The position numbers were made by a program, and so were the translations under genes. DNA of 26,140 nt, from positions 1 to 26,140 of the IMG/VR virus record IMGVR_UViG_3300035006_000012; one strand, 5' to 3'. Shown here piece after piece: positions 1-8,298 of this stretch. Origin of the DNA: a virus (taxonomy: Duplodnaviria > Caudoviricetes). Each line of letters begins with the position of its first letter. The stretch's first letter is position 1. The notes under the pieces were generated by a model that was given only the letters and a program-made list of their open reading frames with translations, ran no database searches and was not told where the DNA came from.

Positions 1-660
1 TCAGGAGCGTAGTTTCATAGGAGCGCCTCTATCTAGTGAATGTACTGAATGGCAATGCCGCATCCAGTGACACGACACTTTTGGGTTTACCCCTGCCTTG
101 ATGGCCGCGACTTTGACAATACGATGTACAGCACTGCGGTCAAGTCGATGCCCTCGTACACTGCAAAATACGGGAGATTCGCCACTTTGGACTCCCCTCA
201 ATGTCTCTAACTCCACCCATACCGAGTCGGGCACAAGAACCACCCGACGTTTCCCCCCTTTCCCAAAAATTGATACCTGCATTGCGCCGTCGTTACGTTC
301 GAGAAAATCTTCCCAGTTCAAACCGCACGCTTCGGATACACGCATTCCGGTGGCTTACAGCAATTTTAGTAAAGTGCGATCGCGTCCGGGTGCAGCTGTG
401 TTAATGAGCTTCAATATCTCCCGCTGTGGCAGAATGCGGTGGGCAATGGTGTACTCAATTTTGCGCAATCGTAGCGCTGCTGCAATGTTGAAGCGGATGT
501 AATTCAGCTTGGCAGCAAAGGAAAAAAGCGATTTGACTGAGTTGATTTTACGGCGAATGGTGCGTTCTTTGAGGGTCAGGGTAGTCAGGTGTGTAGCATA
601 CCCTTGCAAGTCAAGAAGAACCATTGCTGTGAGTGGTTTATCGACTAAATCCAGACGTTT
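1..660 (-). pseudogene. Tyrosine recombinase/integrase (XerC/D-like), disrupted
   Basis: ORFs 355-624 and 1-345 share a frame, separated by TAA at 355-357 in LL*ATGMRVSE (normally LLYATGMRxSE). GKGGKRR and HWMRH motifs present. Ends GAPMKLRS* without the LGH/catalytic Tyr box. The N-terminus is replaced by a T5orf172 fragment. Confidence 0.9.
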
Positions 661-821
661 GAAAACTTGGCGCTTGCTATTAGCTGAAGTGGGTAAGCCG
701 ACTGTGAGGAGTTAAGTTCGTCAAGTCGCTCCTTTACGCTGCGGGTGGTCAAGCCAATTTTGTATCGGCTTGTGCCTACCGCGTGGATAAAGTAGATGTG
801 GCCAGTTTTAGGGCTTGACAT
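645..821 (-). pseudogene. T5orf172/GIY-YIG-like domain, C-terminally truncated
   Basis: GHIYFIHAVGTSRYKIGLTTRSVKERLDELN matches the T5orf172 N-terminal pattern. The similarity stops near 655, where integrase-frame sequence begins. Confidence 0.75.
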
Positions 822-2265
822 TGGATTTAAACTTTGCAATTAAAGACTTGCGTTTCTCTTGCTCTAAAACTTCTGCAACAGCAGTAAGCATTTTTTCTGC
901 CTTATCTCCACTTAATCCCAATTCATTCGTTACAAACTCGTTGACAGTGGTTTCTTGTGTTGCTTCTAGCTTTGCCAGCAGAGCAGTTTGTTGGTTTGAA
1001 AAGCTGCGGGTATCGCGGTTGTAGCCAGAGTAGTTGGGAAGCTCCGGCATAGGAAACCACTGATTGAATCCCCCGTGGTAGATAGCACGCCCAACAGGAG
1101 ATTTTTTACATAGCGTTTCTAACTCAGTAGAAGATAAACGTTTGTCACTTGATATAATCTGGGCTTTGAGAATCTGCTCGGACGCGGGGATTTGTGCCGC
1201 CGATATCAACACAATAGGTGTAAAAATAGATCGCTCACCGCCGTTAAAGCCAATGCCATCGGTATGGGCATTTTGGGAAGAGGCAATAAATTTGATGCCG
1301 CGTGAATCACCTGAACTTGAGTAGCTAACAAATTTTGCTTTGAGTAACTGGGCCGCACCTTTGATGGTGCCGAGAAGTTTCATGGTTGCAGCAATTTCAC
1401 CAAAGCAAAGAATTTTTAGCTCCGTGCCAGCATCAAAGCTTTCAAATTCTTCGAGGCACTCACAAACCCAATCACAAACCTGTTGTGGTGATTCTTCTGC
1501 TATGTTCATGTGGAAAGGATAATCGACACAGCCGTCAAAGTAGCCGACCTCTTTCGGATCGGCTTTGGGGTCGATAAAAAATATTGTGGCTTTGGGGTGT
1601 AGACTACGAACATCTCGCAGCACATTGGAGAGGAATAAGTCTTTGCCAACCCCTGGAACACCAACGATTAGGGTGTTTTTTAGATTTTCAGCAATACTGC
1701 GGGTAAGGTTCGGAATTTGCTTTGAGAATTGAGTTTTTGCGCTCATGTCGCCACGGAGATTCGGAACGGTGGCAGACTTTGCTTTTTCTGGCTGGTCAGG
1801 CAACCTTGCTGTGAGTGATGTGTATTCTTCTGAGGTGTTTGATGTCATAGAGACGCTTTCTATGTTAACAATTTTTTGTTGAGCCAAAAATTCAGATGCA
1901 TCGCTACTGAGGGGGTAACCATTCTCGCGTGCCCACTGGCATTGAGCAACGATTTCTTCATCTCCAACCTGCGCCCTAAAAGCATGGAATTTACTGCCTT
2001 CTAGGGCGTGAGCAAAACATCCAAATTCGTGAACTGCTGCTTGGCTATGCTGCGACTTAGAAGCCGATGATAATGAAAACATCAAGCAGCAGACAAAGCT
2101 AAAAATCCCCATTGGTACGCCTGCAAATGGCACAATTGCTACGCTCCCTAGTATTCCTAGAATCACGACGTATTGAAGGTTGCCGTTGCGGGTGCCTCTC
2201 AATGCTTCAATTGCCCACTCTTCTGAATCCCGTTCTGTGCGTCCTTTAGGGTTAAACATGGTCAT
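808..2265 (-). CDS. Membrane-anchored P-loop ATPase, FtsK/HerA/TrwB-like
   Basis: Two N-terminal hydrophobic helices; Walker A TLIVGVPGVGKD; FFIDPK strand; Walker-B-like ILCFGE (D->G); SSGDSRGIKFIASSQ resembles the FtsK/HerA Arg-finger/Gln motif. Confidence 0.75.
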   Translation of the reverse strand: MTMFNPKGRTERDSEEWAIEALRGTRNGNLQYVVILGILGSVAIVPFAGVPMGIFSFVCCLMFSLSSASKSQHSQAAVHEFGCFAHALEGSKFHAFRAQVGDEEIVAQCQWARENGYPLSSDASEFLAQQKIVNIESVSMTSNTSEEYTSLTARLPDQPEKAKSATVPNLRGDMSAKTQFSKQIPNLTRSIAENLKNTLIVGVPGVGKDLFLSNVLRDVRSLHPKATIFFIDPKADPKEVGYFDGCVDYPFHMNIAEESPQQVCDWVCECLEEFESFDAGTELKILCFGEIAATMKLLGTIKGAAQLLKAKFVSYSSSGDSRGIKFIASSQNAHTDGIGFNGGERSIFTPIVLISAAQIPASEQILKAQIISSDKRLSSTELETLCKKSPVGRAIYHGGFNQWFPMPELPNYSGYNRDTRSFSNQQTALLAKLEATQETTVNEFVTNELGLSGDKAEKMLTAVAEVLEQEKRKSLIAKFKSNVKP

Positions 2266-2966
2266 CGTTGCGGCTGTGTTGCGGATAATAAACTAAATGT
2301 CCAAATCAACATCAGGACAATAAACTCAACAGCGAATATTGTTTGCAAATTAAGAAAAACGTTTCCCCAGTTTATTAACTCAAATCTTCCGTAAAGCAAC
2401 ATATCTCCTATCATTTCAATTCCACCTTTGATGGGCGAATTGATAATTGAATTGACCATGAAATCAATTAAATAAGAGACAACGCACAGTTTTTCTAAAT
2501 TTGCCACGAATGAAACGGGAAGGGCATTGTAGACAGTTTTCATCTTTACTACTACTGCCTCGTCACCGTCTCTAATATTTACTTTTTGGCGAGTGTCTGA
2601 CTTTGTAATCAGCGACTTCATGAATTTTTCGCTGCTAAATAATAGGATTGGGAATAACTGCAAAAATTGAAGAATAGCCCAGAAGCAAGTGCCAAATATT
2701 AGCAAAATGCTTAAAGAAGCAAGGTTGCTGTCAAATTTGAAAACGCCTTGTGATAAAATCGTCACGAACTTTATATAAGGCGATACGTTGAGGCAGACAA
2801 ACCACAATCCGGCAATTAATAAACAGAAAATAAAAACGTTGAGTAATGCGCGAGTTTTGTCAAGCCGTTGTTGTTGTGGCCGATTTGTTCTAACCATGTG
2901 TTGTTTGTTGAAATTACTGATTGGGTAAGACGTAGCGTGCATTGGCACGTTTTTTGGCTTTTTCAA
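2262..2966 (-). CDS. Multi-pass membrane protein, hypothetical
   Basis: 234-aa ORF with about four hydrophobic segments; ATGA overlap with the ATPase. The start may be internal (~2897). Confidence 0.75.
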   Translation of the reverse strand: MKKPKNVPMHATSYPISNFNKQHMVRTNRPQQQRLDKTRALLNVFIFCLLIAGLWFVCLNVSPYIKFVTILSQGVFKFDSNLASLSILLIFGTCFWAILQFLQLFPILLFSSEKFMKSLITKSDTRQKVNIRDGDEAVVVKMKTVYNALPVSFVANLEKLCVVSYLIDFMVNSIINSPIKGGIEMIGDMLLYGRFELINWGNVFLNLQTIFAVEFIVLMLIWTFSLLSATQPQR

Positions 2967-3387
2967 TTAGTTGTAAGTTGCCTGTAAAAAATACCTCCCC
3001 AACAACGGGTTTTGATTGGCTGCGAACGATTACCGCAGTTCCACCATTTGCGTCGCAGACGATATTGTTGGGAGCAAGGGGAGTTTTACGCACCTGGTCT
3101 ATCACTGGCAAACCTTCTGTTAATCCAGTAAATTTATTTGGGGCAATTTGAGCGACAACCATGATGCAGCCATTACGGAACCTTGATGCCGCAATTTGTT
3201 CTTGTTTAGCTAGTAATGCTTCTGAAATATCAATTTGCTTTTCTTTTTCAGATTTACTGCGATTTGCGGCTTGTACCATATTTGAGGATTGCATATTAGC
3301 CTCAATTGTCGAACGCGATAAAGCAAATATTACACAGCCAGCAAAGAACATTATTGGAAACATCGGGTTGCGATTAAGCCACTTCAT
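2914..3387 (-). CDS. Hypothetical protein with N-terminal TM/signal, coiled coil and a Cys-containing C-terminal domain
   Basis: 157 aa; ATGA overlap with the upstream gene. Confidence 0.75.
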   Translation of the reverse strand: MKWLNRNPMFPIMFFAGCVIFALSRSTIEANMQSSNMVQAANRSKSEKEKQIDISEALLAKQEQIAASRFRNGCIMVVAQIAPNKFTGLTEGLPVIDQVRKTPLAPNNIVCDANGGTAVIVRSQSKPVVGEVFFTGNLQLIEKAKKRANARYVLPNQ

Positions 3388-4097
3388 GAAGCCACTCTCA
3401 GTGAAGCTTTTTTTATCAAATTTTTGACCAATGCTTTGGTATCTTTCGCTGTTTTGGGGATAATACGCGGCTTTTTTCCGGTTGCTACCTCTGACAAAAA
3501 TTCGTCTGCGTCAAAATCCAAAGTTTCTTCGTTGATAACGGTATGTAAGTCTAGTTCGGTTTGTTCAATCGGTTTAACATCAAATTCTTCAAGTAGTTGT
3601 TTTAACTTTTCAGGCTCATTTAAAAGCTTTGTCATTGCCTCAATTTGCTGTACCGATAAATCGCGCTGCTCGCCTAAAAATTGGGCATTGAGGTGTGACA
3701 TCGTACCCGAAAATGCGGCACGCTGCATCTGGTGTAAAGTTGCCGCTTGACTTACAGCACCTTCAACAACAATTTCAACCATTGCGTTGAATATCTGTGG
3801 ATTCAGGTTTTGGGCTTTTGCGGATGCTAATTCAACTGCCATTTTTTGGGTTTGGGCAAGGTTTGATTCTTGGATTTGGCGATATTCTTTTACAGCTGCT
3901 TCTGTTATTTCAAAAGCCCCTTCTAGCTGTTCAGTTATTTCCGTTGGAAACTCACTCGCTTCTGGGTCAATGGAAGTATCGTACTTGGCAAGTTCGGTAA
4001 GTGCCCTTACTACCTGCGCAGGTGTGTACGAATTTGAGAAAAATTCAAATAATTCTTGGCGACTAAACATGATTTGCTCCTGGTTATTGACTTTCAA
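3384..4097 (-). CDS. Hypothetical helical/coiled-coil protein
   Basis: 237 aa, E/Q/A-rich, overlapping both neighbours in the operon. Confidence 0.75.
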   Translation of the reverse strand: MKVNNQEQIMFSRQELFEFFSNSYTPAQVVRALTELAKYDTSIDPEASEFPTEITEQLEGAFEITEAAVKEYRQIQESNLAQTQKMAVELASAKAQNLNPQIFNAMVEIVVEGAVSQAATLHQMQRAAFSGTMSHLNAQFLGEQRDLSVQQIEAMTKLLNEPEKLKQLLEEFDVKPIEQTELDLHTVINEETLDFDADEFLSEVATGKKPRIIPKTAKDTKALVKNLIKKASLRVAS

Positions 4098-4491
4098 GCC
4101 AGTTGTTGAATTGTTGTCTTGTTAGATACGTGTGAGATTGCTTTAGCCAGTCCTTGATTTCGTCGTACTCGCGCTTTTTTCCGTCACACCATCCTTGCCG
4201 CTGCGCGTGAATCAATCCCAGGATAAAGCGCTGATAATTGTCAAGAAATTTTGATTTTCGATATTCTTTCAAAAGCGGAAACACCAAGCGGATAATTTCT
4301 CGCTCCCACCGCCATATCGAAGTGCGATCGCATCTCAAAATTACTGCCCAATCTTTGCGGGATTGGTAAAAGGGCTGAAAATGCGCTGAGAGTAGGTTTC
4401 TGGACTCCAGTATTTGAAAATATTCATGTTGCACTGCTGTTGATTTAGTGTTGCAGTTTGATGCAACACAACTGCTATGTGGTTGAAACAC
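4084..4491 (-). CDS. Putative HTH DNA-binding protein
   Basis: SRKDWAVILRCDRTSIWRWE is HTH-like; first gene of the operon; start uncertain. Confidence 0.6.
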   Translation of the reverse strand: MFQPHSSCVASNCNTKSTAVQHEYFQILESRNLLSAHFQPFYQSRKDWAVILRCDRTSIWRWEREIIRLVFPLLKEYRKSKFLDNYQRFILGLIHAQRQGWCDGKKREYDEIKDWLKQSHTYLTRQQFNNWLESQ

Positions 4492-4508
4492 GTTGCAGTT
4501 GTGTTGTA
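4427..4508. repeat. Cluster of TGTTGCA(GT) repeats including a 14-bp inverted pair
   Basis: tgttgcac 4427, tgttgcagtt 4449, tgcaacacaactgc 4462-4475 inverted to gcagttgtgttgta 4495-4508 (13/14), gttgcagtt 4492. Confidence 0.7.
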
Positions 4509-4513
4509 CATAC

Positions 4514-4544
4514 TTAAAATAAAAGAACCCGGCCTCCGGGTTCT
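4514..4544 (-). terminator. Intrinsic terminator after 4573-4794
   Basis: Perfect 9-bp stem AGAACCCGG/CCGGGTTCT (4524-4544), followed on the minus strand by TTTATTTT. Confidence 0.75.
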
Positions 4545-4572
4545 ACGAAGTTATAAACGAATTTTATGTTTA

Positions 4573-4794
4573 TTAATCAGCGCAATAGTTGCGGATTTGT
4601 AACTTTATAAAATCTGGTACGCTACCACCATGCGACAGATAAAAATCAATTAGCCAGCATTGTGACCGTACTGAATCTGGAATCTCGCAGCTACCTGCCA
4701 AATAATCATCAATCCTGCGGTATCCCTTACCGAGGATAGCTGGTAGTAAAGTTCGTGATATTGCCCACTTGGTTTGTAGTTCGCGGGGTGTCAT
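4573..4794 (-). CDS. Small HTH (Cro/XRE-like) protein
   Basis: MTPRELQTKWAISRTLLPAILGKGYRRIDDYLAG pattern; followed by a terminator. Confidence 0.65.
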   Translation of the reverse strand: MTPRELQTKWAISRTLLPAILGKGYRRIDDYLAGSCEIPDSVRSQCWLIDFYLSHGGSVPDFIKLQIRNYCAD

Positions 4795-4916
4795 GATGTT
4801 AGTGCCCTTCTGTAGGTGATTCTACGGCTTGGGAAGTCCTGGTGCGCTGACACGCACCGGGCATTCTCTTGTTGTGCGTACTATGATAATATGCACCAAA
4901 ATATTATACTAATTTT

Positions 4917-5210
4917 ATGCTAATTGATATAGACAAATTAATTGAAGCGCTTCAGTCGGTAGGGGGATTAGAGGAAATTCAGTCGAAACGAATCTCTACC
5001 ACAGAGTTGCCAGCCCAACTTTATTTAAGAATGGTCATTGCCAGTTTGGCAACCAAGAAAAGCATAACCAACTGCACGAGTACCGCGCTTGAAACGTATA
5101 CAATTCGGAATGAAGAGAAGCACTTAGCAGAGATTAAGCTTCAAGCTGCCGCTGCGGGAATGGGGATTGAAGACTATTTGGCGGATGCTCTAGCAAAACG
5201 ACTTTTATAA
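4917..5210 (+). CDS. Hypothetical protein, possibly ribbon-helix-helix
   Basis: 97 aa; KRISTTELPAQLYLRMVIASLATKKSITNCTSTALETY; followed by an imperfect hairpin at 5215-5239. Confidence 0.65.
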   Translation: MLIDIDKLIEALQSVGGLEEIQSKRISTTELPAQLYLRMVIASLATKKSITNCTSTALETYTIRNEEKHLAEIKLQAAAAGMGIEDYLADALAKRLL

Positions 5211-5268
5211 AAACAGCCCCGGTATCTACTCTGGGGTTGATTTCGATGTAAACCTATAACCGCAACAA

Positions 5269-5533
5269 GGCTCCGGGTTCTTAGTCACCAAATGCGGACA
5301 GCCGTATTTTGGAGATCCGCTGCACCATTCTAAAAAATGCGGGCAGCCTTGTTGGAAGATCCTAAAATTTGGACGACATTTTTGGTGGAAGGCTGCCCGC
5401 ATTTTTCTACGAAAACCCTCCCAAAAATTTAGACGACTTTCTTGCGAAGTTGGACGGGACAGAAACTGACAAAAGCCCACTTCGCGCTTTTTCGTTGACG
5501 GCTGTCCGCATTTGTCAAGGGTTAGTGTAGCGG
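5269..5533. repeat. 265-bp element copy 1: 20-bp left flank, 17-bp IR (5289-5305), 192-bp core, 17-bp IR (5498-5514), 19-bp right flank
   Basis: IR CAAATGCGGACAGCCGT/ACGGCTGTCCGCATTTG; nested inner IR AAAAATGCGGGCAGCCTT at 5333-5350 / 5389-5406. Confidence 0.95.
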
Positions 5534-5665
5534 TTATGCCTGGTGGACTAAGTGTTATAAGTCACACTCTTAAAATACCAAACTTTATAAAAAATTACTT
5601 AATCCTACGGTTTTTTAGTTAGTCGTTCCAATGCCAGTTTGGTTCTACTTGCTGGCATTAGTATT

Positions 5666-6526
5666 ATGAAAAATATTTTTATACTATTTTTTGAAACTCG
5701 CTCTTTGTCACTTCGGAACTATTTAGTAGAAGACAATATTGGCTTGGCAAGAAAAGTCGCACACGTGGCTGTTAATTCCTCAAATCAACCCTACGAGGAT
5801 ATGCTGTGTTATGCCACAATCGGCCTAACAAAAGCGGTTGAACGTTACAACCCACTGCTAAATGATTACTTTTCAAGCTTTGCTATGCCGTATATTCGCG
5901 GAGAAATTCAGCATTACTTGCGTGATAAAGTTTCGGTAGTACGGTTGCACAGAAAATATCAAGAGTTGGCGACTAAGAAAGAAAAAGCTAGCCGTAAAAT
6001 GACACGCACTCTTGGCAGGATTCCTACTAAAAAAGAATTAATTGAAGAGCTACAAATATCAACAGAAATGTTTGAGGAAATAGAAATAGCAGTTACTAAT
6101 CGAAACAATCAACTACGTTTAGATATGCCGATTGGCAGCGACGATTTAAAACTTGGGGATGCGCTACCAGCGAGAGAAAGCATGATTTTTGCTTCGGCTG
6201 AACAAATTTGGTTAGAGGTTGAAAAAGCGATTATAAAAATAAGCCCTCCAATGGCACGAAAGGCTTTAGCACTCATTTATTTAGATGGGATTCCTCTAAT
6301 TGATGCCGCTTCTAGTCTGAGGTTAGAAATTCAAGAAATATTGCTATTTTTAGCACAAGGAGTTGAATTATTATCAGAAAGTATAGATATTCCTTTAGAA
6401 CTAATTGTAAATTTGCTTGCTGATTTTGGGGAAGAGAAGGATATTAAAAAAGCTTGGGAATTAGCCTCTATTTCGATGGACGATTACTTGCAGGGACAAT
6501 TTTACGAGTGGCTGAAGTCTGCGTAA
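5666..6526 (+). CDS. Sigma-70 family group 3 sigma factor (SigF/SigJ-like), prophage-encoded
   Basis: Region 2 RNYLVEDNIGLARKVAH...YEDMLCYATIGLTKAVERYNP...FSSFAMPYIRGEIQHYLRDK; region 3 LGRIPTKKELIEEL; degenerate region 4. ATG 5666 preferred over 5639. Confidence 0.9.
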   Translation: MKNIFILFFETRSLSLRNYLVEDNIGLARKVAHVAVNSSNQPYEDMLCYATIGLTKAVERYNPLLNDYFSSFAMPYIRGEIQHYLRDKVSVVRLHRKYQELATKKEKASRKMTRTLGRIPTKKELIEELQISTEMFEEIEIAVTNRNNQLRLDMPIGSDDLKLGDALPARESMIFASAEQIWLEVEKAIIKISPPMARKALALIYLDGIPLIDAASSLRLEIQEILLFLAQGVELLSESIDIPLELIVNLLADFGEEKDIKKAWELASISMDDYLQGQFYEWLKSA

Positions 6527-6562
6527 TAGCGATTGCTAGAAGTAAAGCGAGTTGAGAGTTCG

Positions 6563-7126
6563 TCATAATTTCTCACATAAGGTGGCGTTGATTCGGTGGT
6601 TGGGGTTGCCAACCTCTGCGCGAATCTTCTCCTCTAAAATTCCCACCCAATCAAAATTACTTAACTCTTTTTCTCGGAGGCAAGCAAATGCAACTTGGAG
6701 TATTGCACGAGTTGCTGATAGTCGCGTTCGAGTGCTGGAGGAATAAGCAAATCCTTCCAAATCAACATCCCAAGCATCAATGAGGTGACTAGCACCACTT
6801 GGGGTAATTGAAAAGAGAGCAAACCGATGAGTTTGCATAGGAGTAGGGTGCGGACGCGCTCTGAGAGTGACAATTGTTCCGTTGAATTCCCCAATAAAAT
6901 CAGCTTGTAGTTCACACAGGTAATCAAGGACGAGTAGGTAATCGGATTCTTGTGACCTAACAATTCGCAGTGTTGCTCTTGATCCAGGGGTGCTTCGTTC
7001 GATTTGGAGGATTGCCCCACGTTTGGTATACCAGCGCTTAAGGACGTGTGGGTAGTCAGGCTTTCGTTTGCGGTGCCATCGGCGAAGCCATCTTCTAAGT
7101 AGTCTGATCCATCCTGATCCTGCCAC
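6563..7126 (-). CDS. Hypothetical protein
   Basis: 187-aa ORF starting directly after the 7128 stop; no motif recognised. Confidence 0.55.
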   Translation of the reverse strand: MAGSGWIRLLRRWLRRWHRKRKPDYPHVLKRWYTKRGAILQIERSTPGSRATLRIVRSQESDYLLVLDYLCELQADFIGEFNGTIVTLRARPHPTPMQTHRFALFSITPSGASHLIDAWDVDLEGFAYSSSTRTRLSATRAILQVAFACLREKELSNFDWVGILEEKIRAEVGNPNHRINATLCEKL

Positions 7127-7127
7127 A

Positions 7128-7418
7128 TTATTCCTTTGCCCCGCCGATGTTAAACTTACTGAGAAAATTATAAATTTGCTCGGTGGGAGAGGTGCGAATT
7201 AATGTTCCTAGCGCTGAGATTACTCCAATCCGTCGTATTGATTCATCAAATTTAACTTTTCCTGACCAAGACTCTTGAATCGTTGCTCCAACTGGCAAAA
7301 ACAAAAGTGCCCACAGTAAAAACTCGAAAGGGTCTAGGTGTATACTGCGCTTACTAAAGCGCAAATGAATGCCATTTCGCCGACGGTTAGGACAAGTTGT
7401 TGGACAAGAATTTTCCAT
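7128..7418 (-). CDS. Small membrane protein (possibly holin-like)
   Basis: 96 aa with one or two hydrophobic segments (FLLWALLFLPVGA; IGVISALGTLI). Confidence 0.55.
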   Translation of the reverse strand: MENSCPTTCPNRRRNGIHLRFSKRSIHLDPFEFLLWALLFLPVGATIQESWSGKVKFDESIRRIGVISALGTLIRTSPTEQIYNFLSKFNIGGAKE

Positions 7419-7965
7419 TTCCGTTTGTTAAGTCTTTACCTTGAACGTTCCCTGTCGCGACAAAATGCGAGTCAACAAAAGCCACAAGGTCGATATATCT
7501 GAATCTCCAGCTACCCCCTTGCTTCACACCAATAAATCTTCCAGCTTTTGCAGCTTCAAGCAATCCTTTTTTTGAGAATCCCGATATTTTAGCTGCTTCT
7601 TCAATTGTGATTGTTAACTTTTGATACAGACGTTTGTTTTTTTGCTCCTCGATAAGTTCTTGCACTAATTGCATCAAAATTATGCGTTCGCCAGCAGCGA
7701 CAGACAGCGACAATTGAGATGTCTCGGTTGTCTCCATCCTGTTATCTTCGACTGGAATTGCCCTATGTACAGGCATTTTAAGTTCTTCTTCAAGTGCCAT
7801 CACATCTTCTTTTTCAAACATGGCTTTTCCGGCGACATAGACCGTTTTTAGTTTGCCCGATTTGACATAACGCTCAACGGTTTTTGTTGAAACCCGTAAG
7901 TAATCTGCAACTTCGTACTTATTCATACCCTGCGACACCCGTAGACAGTAGTTTTCTGCGGTCAT
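7387..7965 (-). CDS. Tandem excisionase-type (HTH_17/MerR-like) DNA-binding protein
   Basis: MNKYEVADYLRVSTKTVERYVKSGKL and ITIEEAAKISGFSKKGLLEAAKAGRF...GGSWRF. The start may be ATG 7926. Confidence 0.8.
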   Translation of the reverse strand: MTAENYCLRVSQGMNKYEVADYLRVSTKTVERYVKSGKLKTVYVAGKAMFEKEDVMALEEELKMPVHRAIPVEDNRMETTETSQLSLSVAAGERIILMQLVQELIEEQKNKRLYQKLTITIEEAAKISGFSKKGLLEAAKAGRFIGVKQGGSWRFRYIDLVAFVDSHFVATGNVQGKDLTNGNGKFLSNNLS

Positions 7966-8073
7966 TGTCGCACCTTGTCTGGGCTGTTCAGCAATTTGGG
8001 GGAAACTTAATTAAGTTAACAATTATGTCTTCGGAAGTATTGTATTTTTACAAAATTGCGATATTAACAAACT

Positions 8074-8298
8074 ATGACTATTTCAGATACAGATTTGATT
8101 GAGCTTTCTAATCAACATTGCGAACTCATAGGGAAAAAAGCTCTGTTGATATCCTTGTTAAAATCCGTTCGTCGTTTTGAAATGGATTGTTTGGAGTGCG
8201 GAGACTACAAAACTTTTCGGTTTGGCAAGCAAATTGATGCGTTGATTTCTGAAGAGGTCGGGAATTGTAGGGTGGAAGTAGGGTTAGTCGCAAGTTAA
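8074..8298 (+). CDS. Hypothetical protein
   Basis: 74 aa, ATG start, abuts terS. Confidence 0.5.
   Translation: MTISDTDLIELSNQHCELIGKKALLISLLKSVRRFEMDCLECGDYKTFRFGKQIDALISEEVGNCRVEVGLVAS
8260..8273 (+). promoter_or_regulatory. Putative late promoter GGGAATTGTAGGGT (J-box-like) for terS-terL
   Basis: Near-identical 13-14-mers precede the portal (10626) and protease (22071) genes. Confidence 0.65.

Noticed and set aside
355-357. Stop-codon recoding (TAA read-through) in the integrase
   Set aside because: TAA terminates many intact genes in the window, and the integrase has other lesions.
98-715. Plus-strand ORFs over the integrase, and similar shadow ORFs over the ATPase operon, portal and capsid
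   Set aside because: Antisense or alternative frames of genes with clear family motifs.
5226-5480. 84-aa ORF and its twin at 10417-10641 (MGFCQFLSRP...)
   Set aside because: Both lie within the repeated element; the recurring GCPH peptides are translations of the DNA IR motif, and the C-termini differ with the flank. Most likely non-coding.
5289-5514. Mini-CRISPR interpretation of the AAATGCGGRCAGCC copies
   Set aside because: Copies are in mixed orientation with irregular spacing; no cas genes.
6661-7128. 155-aa ORF overlapping 6563-7126 on the same strand
   Set aside because: Alternative frame whose start overlaps the upstream stop; no motif. I prefer the longer frame but cannot prove the choice.
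7690-7980. Scattered GCGACA/AGACA words in and upstream of the tandem-HTH gene
   Set aside because: Too short and irregular to distinguish from chance by eye.
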